Shown piece after piece: positions 18,427 to 26,115 of a stretch of DNA of 31,397 nucleotides. Position numbers and translations under genes: made by a program. Positions within the stretch are counted from its first letter, which is position 1. The number at the start of each line of letters is the position of its first letter. The notes under the pieces are model-generated. The model did not search any database. It was not told the DNA's origin and saw only the letters and a list, made by a program, of their open reading frames with translations. This DNA is from an uncultured virus (IMG/VR IMGVR_UViG_3300006155_000009) (lineage: Duplodnaviria > Heunggongvirae > Uroviricota > Caudoviricetes): IMG/VR virus record IMGVR_UViG_3300006155_000009; one strand, given 5' to 3'.

Positions 18427-21170
18427 GTGAAAACCCCAATGTCGGCAAGGTATTCAATCTGACCGGCGGTGGCAGTAACGGCTCTCTCAAACTGGAGAGT
18501 TTGGATGTCACCAAGCCCCCTATCAAGACAACTTATAAGTCCGGGGAGAGCTTTGACCCCACTGGTATGGTGGTAACTGCCAGCTATGGCTATGGCATCA
18601 CCTCGGACGTGACCGGATACACCGTGACCCCCTCCGTCCTGACCGACGGTACTACCGAGGTCACTATCACCTACACTGAGGGCCGAACCACTAAGACGGC
18701 GAGTACGCCTGTGACTGTGGAGAAAGTCCTGGTATCCATTGAGGTCGCTACCAACCCGACCAAGATGACCTATAACTACCTGGAGAAGTTCGAGCCTCAT
18801 GGAATGGCTGTGACCGCCACATTTTCGGACGGTTCCAAGTCTGCCGCCACAGGGTATAGTTATCCCACCACGGAGTTCTCCACGCTGGGGCAGCAGGCTG
18901 TGAATCTGGATTACACCTTTGAGGGGGTTACCAAATCCACCAGTCTGACAGTGACGGTCGATCCCATTGAGGTGCCCGTTCCCACCCAGAAAGACGCCCC
19001 CAGCTATGACGGCAGCACTAAGCAGCCCATCTGGAACGGGTATGATTCCGTCAAAATGGCATTGGGCGGAACGACTGATGGAGTCAACGCCGGCAACTAT
19101 ACCGCTAAGTTCACTCTGGTCTACGGCTATGTATTCCCTGATGGGAGTAATGAGGCCGAGGCGGAATGGACAATTAGCAGAGCGGTTATTCCGGCACTGC
19201 CCACACAGAACAACGCTCTGGCCGCCGACGGCACGCCCAAGTCTCCTACTTGGGATGGTTACGTCGTAGGTCAGCTCACTATCAGTGGTGACCGATTCGG
19301 AACCGAGGCCGGCGACTACACTGCCGAGTTTACCCCGACCGACAACTATCAGTGGTGGGACGGCACTACTGATATGAAGACCGCTACCTGGACTATCTCC
19401 AGCGTCATCGTCCCTATCCCGACGCAAAAGGGCTCCCTCACCTATACCGGGGCGGCCCAGACGCCTCAGTGGGATAACTTCGATACGGAGAACTCTACCG
19501 TACAGGTCACGCCTGCTACGGATGCCGGCGAGCATACGGCTACGTTCTCTTTGCTGGCAGGTATGTGGTCGGATGGCACCACAGCCAACAAGACCATCAA
19601 GTGGGTCATTGGTCGGGCCACCATCGCCAAGATTCCGGCTCAGAGCGGTATGCCGAAGTACGACGGCAACCCCAAGACTCCGACCTGGGACACCAACTAT
19701 GACGCCACCAAGATGACGTTGAGTGTGGAGGCCAAGGTCAATGCCGGGACGGCCTATACGGCTTCGTTCACTCCGACCCCCAACTATCAGTGGCCGGATG
19801 GTACGATTGAAGCCAAGGTGGTTACCTGGGCCATTGGAAAGGGCGATAACGCCATTACGGTGAGCCCCACTTCGATTACGCTGAACACTGCGAACAAGAG
19901 CGGGAAGTTTACTGTCAGCCGGAAGGGTGATGGTACTATCACCGCCACCTCCAGCGACACCAAGATCGCTACCATCGGCGCCATCAACCAGACCACCGGT
20001 GAGGTGACTGTCAACAGCGTTGGCGATACTACCGGCACTGCGACCATCAAAGTCAAAGTTGCCGAGAGCGCCAACTACCTTGCCCCGGCGGATAAGGATG
20101 TTCCGGTCAAGGCACAATTCGTCACCATCTACGGCGTGGAATGGGATTGGACCAGTAGCGGCCCCACCAAGGGCACCCGCACCGACGCAGCGGCCGGGTT
20201 CAGCGATCCCAATCCTGCTGTGAACAACGGCACCGGTTCCTCTCCCTTCGACAGCCTGATGCCCTGGGCCGGCATGGTCAAAGAGACCCGAACTGGCGGT
20301 GTGATGGTGAAGGAGCCCAAGTATTGGTTTAAGTGGACCAAGACGGGGAAGAAGCTGAAACTGCAAATTGCGGACGGCCCCGTGGATGGGTTCCATGTGG
20401 ACCCTGTGAACATGGATAAGGGCGACGGCCTGGGCGAGCTGGACTTCTCCTACATCGGGCGGTATCACTGCGCCTCCGGCACCTACAAGTCGGAGACTAA
20501 CAAGGCGCAGCAGGTCAGTATCACCAGGAGTGCGGCTCGTACCAGTATCCACAATTTGGGGGCCAACATTTGGCAGATGGACTTCGCCCAGATGTGGTAT
20601 GTGGGTATGCTGTATCTGGTGGAGTTTGCTGATTGGAATGGTCAGAAGACGATCGGCTACGGCTGTTCCGCCGCCGGCTCCAAGGAGAACAACGGCAAGA
20701 CGGACGCCATGCAGTACCACACCGGCACTACGGCGGCCAATCGGACTACCTACGGGTACACCCAGTACCGCAACATTGAGGGCTGGTGGGACAACGTCTA
20801 TGACTGGATGGACGGCTGTTATTACAACAGTAACGGCCTGAATGTTATCTTGAACCCCAGCAAGTTCAGTGATAACGCAAATGGTACACTGATTGGTTCC
20901 ATGCCTTCGAGCGGTTATCCGAACGATATGGCAGTTCCGACACAAAGTGGATTCGAGTGGGCGCTTCGTCCGGCCACAACCGGCGGCAGTGACAGCACTT
21001 ATGTCGCGGATTACTGGTATTTCAACGGTAGTAGCCCGTGCCTGTACCACGGCGGTTACTATTACCAGATCCAGAATCACGGGCCGTTCTACGTCAACTA
21101 CGTCAGTACGTCGTACACGTACACCAGCATCGGCTGTCGCCTCCAGGAACGCCCGCCGAAGGCGGCGTGA
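18423..21170 (+). CDS. DGR target protein: Ig-like repeat adhesin/receptor-binding protein with C-terminal variable (CLec-fold-like) domain
   Basis: Two Big_3-like domains (PxKTTY..GExFDPTGMVVTAxY), about four PxQ..YxG..xPxW repeats, YRNIEGWWDNVYDWMDG and terminal IGCRL motif typical of DGR CLec targets; VR in its last codons. Confidence 0.92.
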   Translation: MSENPNVGKVFNLTGGGSNGSLKLESLDVTKPPIKTTYKSGESFDPTGMVVTASYGYGITSDVTGYTVTPSVLTDGTTEVTITYTEGRTTKTASTPVTVEKVLVSIEVATNPTKMTYNYLEKFEPHGMAVTATFSDGSKSAATGYSYPTTEFSTLGQQAVNLDYTFEGVTKSTSLTVTVDPIEVPVPTQKDAPSYDGSTKQPIWNGYDSVKMALGGTTDGVNAGNYTAKFTLVYGYVFPDGSNEAEAEWTISRAVIPALPTQNNALAADGTPKSPTWDGYVVGQLTISGDRFGTEAGDYTAEFTPTDNYQWWDGTTDMKTATWTISSVIVPIPTQKGSLTYTGAAQTPQWDNFDTENSTVQVTPATDAGEHTATFSLLAGMWSDGTTANKTIKWVIGRATIAKIPAQSGMPKYDGNPKTPTWDTNYDATKMTLSVEAKVNAGTAYTASFTPTPNYQWPDGTIEAKVVTWAIGKGDNAITVSPTSITLNTANKSGKFTVSRKGDGTITATSSDTKIATIGAINQTTGEVTVNSVGDTTGTATIKVKVAESANYLAPADKDVPVKAQFVTIYGVEWDWTSSGPTKGTRTDAAAGFSDPNPAVNNGTGSSPFDSLMPWAGMVKETRTGGVMVKEPKYWFKWTKTGKKLKLQIADGPVDGFHVDPVNMDKGDGLGELDFSYIGRYHCASGTYKSETNKAQQVSITRSAARTSIHNLGANIWQMDFAQMWYVGMLYLVEFADWNGQKTIGYGCSAAGSKENNGKTDAMQYHTGTTAANRTTYGYTQYRNIEGWWDNVYDWMDGCYYNSNGLNVILNPSKFSDNANGTLIGSMPSSGYPNDMAVPTQSGFEWALRPATTGGSDSTYVADYWYFNGSSPCLYHGGYYYQIQNHGPFYVNYVSTSYTYTSIGCRLQERPPKAA
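21007..21144 (+). repeat. DGR variable repeat (VR)
   Basis: 138 nt, ungapped match to 21330-21467 (offset 323) with 13 mismatches, 12 opposite TR adenines. Confidence 0.97.
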
Positions 21171-21226
21171 TTCCCCTGATAGAGGAAGGGGTTTGGGGTG
21201 AGGGGACCGCAGTCCCTTCCCCCAAC
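21150..21226 (+). promoter_or_regulatory. Two hairpins downstream of VR (candidate DGR homing/target-recognition elements)
   Basis: CCGCC-GAA-GGCGG at 21153-21165; TTGGGG(T)GAGGGGAC-CGCA-GTCCCTTCCCCCAA at 21193-21225; neither follows the TR. Confidence 0.75.
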
Positions 21227-21329
21227 TCTACGCCTTTGAACAATTCAAAATGGAGCTGAAACGCTCTTAAAAATCGCTTTTCTTTTGATAAAGGGAAGCG
21301 CGGGGTCAACTTTGCAGCAGACGATGTCC

Positions 21330-21467
21330 CGGATAACTGGAATTTCAACGGTAGTAACCCGTGCCTGCACCACGGCGGTAACTATAACCAGAACCAGAAT
21401 CACGGGCCGTTCTACGTCAACTACAACAGTACGTCGAACACGAACACCAACATCGGCTGTCGCATCC
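21330..21467 (+). ncRNA. DGR template repeat (TR), part of the template RNA (about 21298-21650)
   Basis: Intergenic copy of VR with 13 AAY codons in the VR frame; lies between target gene and RT. Confidence 0.96.
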
Positions 21468-21664
21468 TTGATAAGCCACGGGCTAAACCTCCTATAGGTA
21501 GTCAGGGTTCCTCACCCTTTCTATTACGCATCGTTGACCGCGCAGCACTGGCTGAAGATGAGCCGACAGGACACAGCTTAGTACACTTCGGGCCGGGTCT
21601 CGCCTCGGAACACCCCGCGGCGATGGAACAGTTGTGAGGCTACAAGGAGGAAAACATATCCCTG

Positions 21665-22840
21665 ATGAAACGAGTTCGAGTTTACCAACAAATCCTCTCT
21701 GAGGAAAATCTGCGTCTTGCCATCCAGGAGGTCTGCCGCAGTCACCGGCGCAATGGCGACCACAGCCTGAACAAGAAGGTGCTGGAGATCGAGGCAAACC
21801 TGGACGACTATGTGAAGGAGCTTCACAAGTTCATCGAGGACCTGGTGAGCGGAGACGCCCATATGAACAAACCTATCAAGCGACGGCGCTGGGACCGGAA
21901 CGGAGACAACGGGCGAGGGAAATGGCGAGACATCAACGAGCCCTTGTTATGGCCGGACCAGTGCGTCCATCACGCGGCCTTACAGGTCATGATTCCGCAC
22001 ATCATGCGGGGTATGGACCGCTACTGTATTGCAAGCGTTCAAGGCCGGGGCAACTCCTACGGCGTGAAGGCGCTGAAGAAGTGGATGGATGACGACCCCG
22101 TTGGTACCAAATATGCCTTGGAGTGCGACATTTACCACTGCTTCGAGGAACTGGACCCGGCGTATGTCATCAATGCACTGAAGCGGCTGTTCAAGGACCG
22201 GGAAACCCTTTGGCTGTGCGACGCCATGATGGAGTACGGTGTGCTGATCGGCGCATTCTTCTCCGCATGGTTCCTGCACCTTACAATCCAGCCGTTAGAC
22301 CTGATGATTCACGACAAGAAGTATGGCGTGAGTCACTATTTGCGGCAGATGGACAACTTTACCATCTTCGGTTCCAACAAGCGAAAGCTGAGGAAGCTGT
22401 TGGAGGACATGAAGGTCTGGCTGGCCGCAGTCGGATTGAAGCTGAAGGGAAACTGGCAGATCTTCCGGGTGGGCTTCACACCTCTGGTTGCTAAAGCCCA
22501 TGAGATGCTGCCCGAGAAAAAGCAGCGGCATCGCCGGCCAAGAATGCCATCCGCTCTTGGTTATCGGTTTGGTCGCGGGTACACGATTCTTCGGAAACAT
22601 AATCTGTTCCGGCTGAAACAATCGCTGCATCTGTACTACTATCGACGAGATCGGAACCGGGTCATCTCATTCAAGAGAGCATCCGGCTTGATTTCGCGGC
22701 TTGGGCAGCTTCGCAAATGCAACAGCCAACAGATACTGGAGCGGTACTACCAACCGAAGACGATGTTCGATTTGAAGAAGGTCGTCCGAAAGGAATGCAG
22801 GCGGCTTCAAGCATTATATCCGCCTTATGTGGCGGCATAA
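21665..22840 (+). CDS. DGR-class reverse transcriptase with atypical active site (QMDN)
   Basis: 391 aa, RBS AAGGAGG; ILSEENLRLA, KWRDI, PDQCVHHA, ECDIYHCF, GVLIGAFFSAWF, YLRQMDNFTIF, GLKLK, LGY motifs in RT order. Confidence 0.93.
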   Translation: MKRVRVYQQILSEENLRLAIQEVCRSHRRNGDHSLNKKVLEIEANLDDYVKELHKFIEDLVSGDAHMNKPIKRRRWDRNGDNGRGKWRDINEPLLWPDQCVHHAALQVMIPHIMRGMDRYCIASVQGRGNSYGVKALKKWMDDDPVGTKYALECDIYHCFEELDPAYVINALKRLFKDRETLWLCDAMMEYGVLIGAFFSAWFLHLTIQPLDLMIHDKKYGVSHYLRQMDNFTIFGSNKRKLRKLLEDMKVWLAAVGLKLKGNWQIFRVGFTPLVAKAHEMLPEKKQRHRRPRMPSALGYRFGRGYTILRKHNLFRLKQSLHLYYYRRDRNRVISFKRASGLISRLGQLRKCNSQQILERYYQPKTMFDLKKVVRKECRRLQALYPPYVAA

Positions 22841-22852
22841 AGGAGTGATACC

Positions 22853-23218
22853 ATGAAAGTACATGGGATGGTAGATCCCGGCAGTTTTACCGTGGAACAG
22901 ATCCCCGGGACAAACAGGAGTCTCGTGCGGCTTTTCCAGAATGTGGAGCCCTACCATGAGGAGAATTTCGACGGGTTCCAGTACAACGAGTACCATGTCG
23001 AGATTGAGACCTGGGACGGCATTGCCGCAAATGTGCAGGACAACTACGACGAGTTCCTGAAGAAGGGAATGGACAATGAAGTCGACCGCAGCAATGAGGC
23101 GCTGTTCCAAGCACAGCAGAAGACGGACATCGCTGTTCAGGACATGGATGGCATGAGCGTCGACCACGAGTATCGGCTGACCCTGCTGGAGCTGGGCCTG
23201 TCTGAGACTGATATTTGA
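22853..23218 (+). CDS. Tail fibre assembly chaperone-like protein (XkdW-like position)
   Basis: 121 aa acidic protein ending VDHEYRLTLLELG, followed by a 47-aa partner; RBS AAGGAG. Confidence 0.6.
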   Translation: MKVHGMVDPGSFTVEQIPGTNRSLVRLFQNVEPYHEENFDGFQYNEYHVEIETWDGIAANVQDNYDEFLKKGMDNEVDRSNEALFQAQQKTDIAVQDMDGMSVDHEYRLTLLELGLSETDI

Positions 23219-23236
23219 GGAAGGGAGGATTAGACC

Positions 23237-23380
23237 ATGTTGTATCGTACTCTGAAGCGCATGATCGAGCGCGGCCAGACCGATGGTATCGAGACCAAGC
23301 TGGACATCTTCTACGCTGCCGGCAAGATCTCCGAGGCCGAGTATTCTGAGTTGATCGGGATGCTGAGCGCCCAGCGGTAA
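23237..23380 (+). CDS. Small XkdX-like protein (47 aa; not in ORF track)
   Basis: RBS GGGAGG; MLYRTLKRMIERGQTDGIETKLDIFYAAGKISEAEYSELIGMLSAQR with the G.I..xEY.EL pattern. Confidence 0.75.
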   Translation: MLYRTLKRMIERGQTDGIETKLDIFYAAGKISEAEYSELIGMLSAQR

Positions 23381-23418
23381 CCCTGCACAATGCTTAAAAG
23401 CAACAGGAGGTGACAGAT

Positions 23419-23751
23419 ATGGACGGAGATTATATCTCTCGCCATGAGCATGAGGAGTTCCGCCGGAGTATGGAGGCCGAGAATCAGCGTTTGGAGGATG
23501 AAAACAAACGACAGAATCACCGGCTGGAGGCGCTGGAGGAGACCGTTAAGCAGGTTGCCGCTATCAGTACATCCGTGGAGAAGCTGGCTCTGAACATGGA
23601 GAACATGCTAAAGGAGCAGGTCAACCAAGGGAAGCGCTTGGAGACATTGGAGAGTCAGGACGGCGAGAAATGGCGTAAGGCTGTTTGGTGCGTTATCAGC
23701 GCCATTATCGGCATCGCCGTCGGAATGATTTTCCGGCTTCCTGTTTCGTGA
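23419..23751 (+). CDS. Hemolysin XhlA-like/holin-like protein (coiled coil + C-terminal TM)
   Basis: RBS AGGAGGTG before ATG 23419; RQNHRLEALE coiled coil, GEKWRK then hydrophobic helix. Confidence 0.72.
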   Translation: MDGDYISRHEHEEFRRSMEAENQRLEDENKRQNHRLEALEETVKQVAAISTSVEKLALNMENMLKEQVNQGKRLETLESQDGEKWRKAVWCVISAIIGIAVGMIFRLPVS

Positions 23752-23764
23752 TGGAGGTCGACGT

Positions 23765-24133
23765 ATGCTGAACATCAAAGCAAAGGAAGTCGCGCCCATT
23801 GTGGAGCAGCCTGCTGATTTTTCTGAGGAGTGGCCGGAGAACATCGTTGAAGAGCCCGCCCTCGACCTCCCTGAACCAAACAAAAGGAAAGCGACCACCA
23901 TGAAAATTATCGTGTGGGTCTGTCTTATCAATGGAATCGCCTGGGTGTGGTGCAGCTACATCCTCGCATGGATGGGTAAGGAACAGATCGCCGAGAGTTT
24001 GTCTCAGGTGGCACTTACTGAAATTATCGGCGTGGTTCTGGTGTACGCCATCAAATCCGGTGTCGAAAACCTCAGTAAGAATAATTCATGGCCGGATAAA
24101 CACGGCTCCACCCCGTCTGATGGGGTTGGATAA
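23765..24133 (+). CDS. Two-TM membrane protein, paralogous to 345-767
   Basis: WVxxSYxxA..LSQxAxTxIxGV..EN and identical GVG terminus shared with 345-767. Confidence 0.7.
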   Translation: MLNIKAKEVAPIVEQPADFSEEWPENIVEEPALDLPEPNKRKATTMKIIVWVCLINGIAWVWCSYILAWMGKEQIAESLSQVALTEIIGVVLVYAIKSGVENLSKNNSWPDKHGSTPSDGVG

Positions 24134-24150
24134 CACAAGGAGGAAAAGTT

Positions 24151-24522
24151 ATGGAAAAGTTGAACACAATTCAGAAGAGAAACAATCTGAACACCGTTTA
24201 CAGAGACGGGGAGCCAGGACCTGGTGGCGCACATCATGATTATGTGGTGTCGTTCGGCAGCAGTCTGCCGGAGAGTGATGGAGACGGTGTCCGTATTTGT
24301 TTCCAGTGCGGGCCCCGTAAGGACCCTGAGGCGCGGAAGGGCGTCTGTAATGCGGACCTGCTGGAAATTGTACGTGACCAGTTGCGTGCTTTTCAGGCTG
24401 GGCCGTTCAGCTGCCGGGAAAATGCCTGCGCCTTGACTCACATCGAGGAAGCCTTGATGTGGCTGAATTGCCGGGCTGAGGATCGGGCGGAACGTAACGT
24501 GCTGGGCACGATCGAGAAGTAA
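24151..24522 (+). CDS. tad1: Thoeris anti-defence sponge protein Tad1
   Basis: 123 aa; LxTIQKRxxLNTV, GPGGAxHxY, FQxGxRK, [36 protein letters not shown], RxEDRxERNVLGT match the Clostridium Tad1 sequence as I recall it. Confidence 0.88.
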   Translation: MEKLNTIQKRNNLNTVYRDGEPGPGGAHHDYVVSFGSSLPESDGDGVRICFQCGPRKDPEARKGVCNADLLEIVRDQLRAFQAGPFSCRENACALTHIEEALMWLNCRAEDRAERNVLGTIEK

Positions 24523-24539
24523 CACAAGGAGGAATCAAA

Positions 24540-24845
24540 ATGGAAAGTGCTCTGAACTGGTCCATGGTCGTCAGCATCATCGGTGTGTTGGTGGTACTGA
24601 CCAACATTGTGGTCCAGGTGCTGAAGAAGTTGACCTGGGATCGGCTGCCGACGAATGTCCTGGCAGTTGTTGTCTCCATGATACTTACACTGGTGACATT
24701 CTTCGCTTATTGTCAGATCAATGCCATCGCCGTGGTGTGGTATATGGTGGCCGCCGCAGTCGTTATGGGCTTTATGGTTTCGTATGCAGCCATGTTCGGT
24801 TATGACAAGCTCATGGAGGCCATCGGCAAGGCGGGCAAGCAGTAA
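24540..24845 (+). CDS. Holin (three TM helices)
   Basis: 101 aa, highly hydrophobic, NIVVQVLKK..LPTN..AMFGYDKL pattern; RBS AAGGAGG. Confidence 0.78.
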   Translation: MESALNWSMVVSIIGVLVVLTNIVVQVLKKLTWDRLPTNVLAVVVSMILTLVTFFAYCQINAIAVVWYMVAAAVVMGFMVSYAAMFGYDKLMEAIGKAGKQ

Positions 24846-24881
24846 ACTAAATTCAGTTAAACAGAAAGTGAGGAAGTTAGC

Positions 24882-25169
24882 ATGATTCTCAAGACATTAA
24901 CCCATGACCGAGGAAGTTCTGATTGTTGGAACTACTACGACAACATCGAGAGTGCCAGCGTGTACTTCGACGAGGACGCTCAGATGTCCTGTGTTGCCGT
25001 CCGCTTCAAAGGCGCGGATTCAGATGTGGTTCTCGGTCTAAGTGAGGTGGCGTACCTGTGTAACGACAGGGGACAGACCATCGAGAAGCTTCGGCCTGCG
25101 GTGAAACAGACGGAGTCGGCTGAAGTGCATACTGTTGAACTGACCGTCGGCGAACCGGTAGGGATTTAG
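24882..25169 (+). CDS. Hypothetical protein
   Basis: 95 aa with RBS GAGG; AYLCNDRGQTIEKL motif; function unknown. Confidence 0.7.
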   Translation: MILKTLTHDRGSSDCWNYYDNIESASVYFDEDAQMSCVAVRFKGADSDVVLGLSEVAYLCNDRGQTIEKLRPAVKQTESAEVHTVELTVGEPVGI

Positions 25170-25188
25170 CAGTAATTGAGAGCGGAAA

Positions 25189-25426
25189 AAGGTGTAGGAG
25201 AGTCGTTTACTTCTTGACTACTCCTACACCTTGACCGTTTTAGCCTTGGAAACACTGGACTTTGTGCTTCTAAAATAGAAACGCTCTCTTGTATTTGCTG
25301 CTCTTTTCTGCCCTTAACTACTGTTATCTCAATGGTTTAAGCAGTAGTTAGAAGTGGAAAACTTTGTGGAAATGTAGATAACTTATCTATTATTCCTACA
25401 CTAATCCTATACCGATATTCCTATAT
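25189..25426. other. Probable attP region
   Basis: Non-coding, downstream of integrase; 12-bp IR 25189-25200/25221-25232, 9-bp IR 25315-25323/25342-25350, palindrome 25375-25389, three direct repeats TAWTCCTAYAY at 25391, 25402, 25416 resembling arm-type sites. Confidence 0.6.
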
Positions 25427-25475
25427 TTCGCAAAAGGTGGAACAGAATGAATAAAAATACAAAAAGGAGAACTGT

Positions 25476-25784
25476 ATGAGCAGATTGACCGATGAAGAAA
25501 TCAGGAAAATGCCGCTCAATGAAGCTGATATATACCTCGAAACGCACCCTGACGAGGCTCAGCATTTTGCTAAAGTGTTCGCAGTATCAGCTGCCAAGCA
25601 GACGAAAAAAGCAATCCTCTATCTCTGCGACGGCACTGTCGAAAGTTGCCGAAAAACCAGTTGCTACAAAAGAGGTCGCGAATGCCGGCACACGACAGAC
25701 GCCGATCATGCCCTGACCTCTGAGCCCCGCCACCTCGTCCCCGATGAGCAAGGCAATCTGTGGGAGACTTCTCCCAAAAATTGA
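25476..25784 (+). CDS. Hypothetical protein with Cys/His-rich C-terminal domain
   Basis: RBS AAAGGAG; YLCDG..C..C..CRHT..HA; stop codon overlaps the left 26-bp inverted repeat. Confidence 0.72.
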   Translation: MSRLTDEEIRKMPLNEADIYLETHPDEAQHFAKVFAVSAAKQTKKAILYLCDGTVESCRKTSCYKRGRECRHTTDADHALTSEPRHLVPDEQGNLWETSPKN

Positions 25785-25808
25785 AAACGCCATTTCTAAA
25801 AGAGAGGA

Positions 25809-25843
25809 AAAGGAGGAGACTGCCGGTAACAGTCCCCTCCTTT
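25809..25843 (-). terminator. Intrinsic terminator, possibly bidirectional
   Basis: AAAGGAGG-A-GACTG loop CAGTC-C-CCTCCTTT; the A/C mismatch is a G-U pair on the minus strand; between convergent genes. Confidence 0.75.
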
Positions 25844-25850
25844 CATGTGT

Positions 25851-26030
25851 TCAAGCCATTTTTGCCATCAGGTCTACAACCCGGACATCTTTGTATCGCT
25901 CTACAAACTTTTTGCCTGCATTGTTATATCGGCTCAAGTAGCAGAGGATTGCTGCATTTCCGTACTGCCAGTGACCATTTGAATCAGGCCAACCGAGTTT
26001 CCGGATAGCATTCACAAGTGCCATACTCAT
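25851..26030 (-). CDS. 59-aa hypothetical protein inside the inverted repeats
   Basis: RBS AGGAGGTG 7 nt before ATG at 26030; own upstream promoter and downstream terminator. Confidence 0.7.
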   Translation of the reverse strand: MSMALVNAIRKLGWPDSNGHWQYGNAAILCYLSRYNNAGKKFVERYKDVRVVDLMAKMA

Positions 26031-26115
26031 GCTTAAACACCTCCTCTCTTTTAGAAATGGCGTTTTCTCATTTTCCACCTCCAATACTCAAAGGGTGTTT
26101 TTCTCCTTTCCGCAC

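Larger units (their letters stand above)
18423..22840 (+). mobile_element. Diversity-generating retroelement (target-VR, hairpins, TR, RT)
   Basis: VR/TR pair with adenine-specific differences plus adjacent DGR-type RT. Confidence 0.95.
25783..26067. repeat. Perfect 26-bp inverted repeats (25783-25808 and 26042-26067) enclosing 233 bp
   Basis: GAAAACGCCATTTCTAAAAGAGAGGA and its exact reverse complement. Confidence 0.95.

Noticed and set aside
588..21080. Long minus-strand ORFs (588-2159, 4693-6540, 7379-9283, 10700-11935, 16710-18092, 18291-21080)
   Set aside because: Antisense shadows of well-supported plus-strand genes with biased codon use; no RBS or recognisable motifs.
21285..21497. 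70-aa ORF over the TR as a possible Avd or second target
   Set aside because: Off-frame translation of the TR, no RBS, no Avd features.
21665..22840. RT as group II intron, retron or Abi-type RT
   Set aside because: No maturase/endonuclease domain or retron VTG motif; adjacent VR/TR pair and IG motif indicate DGR class.
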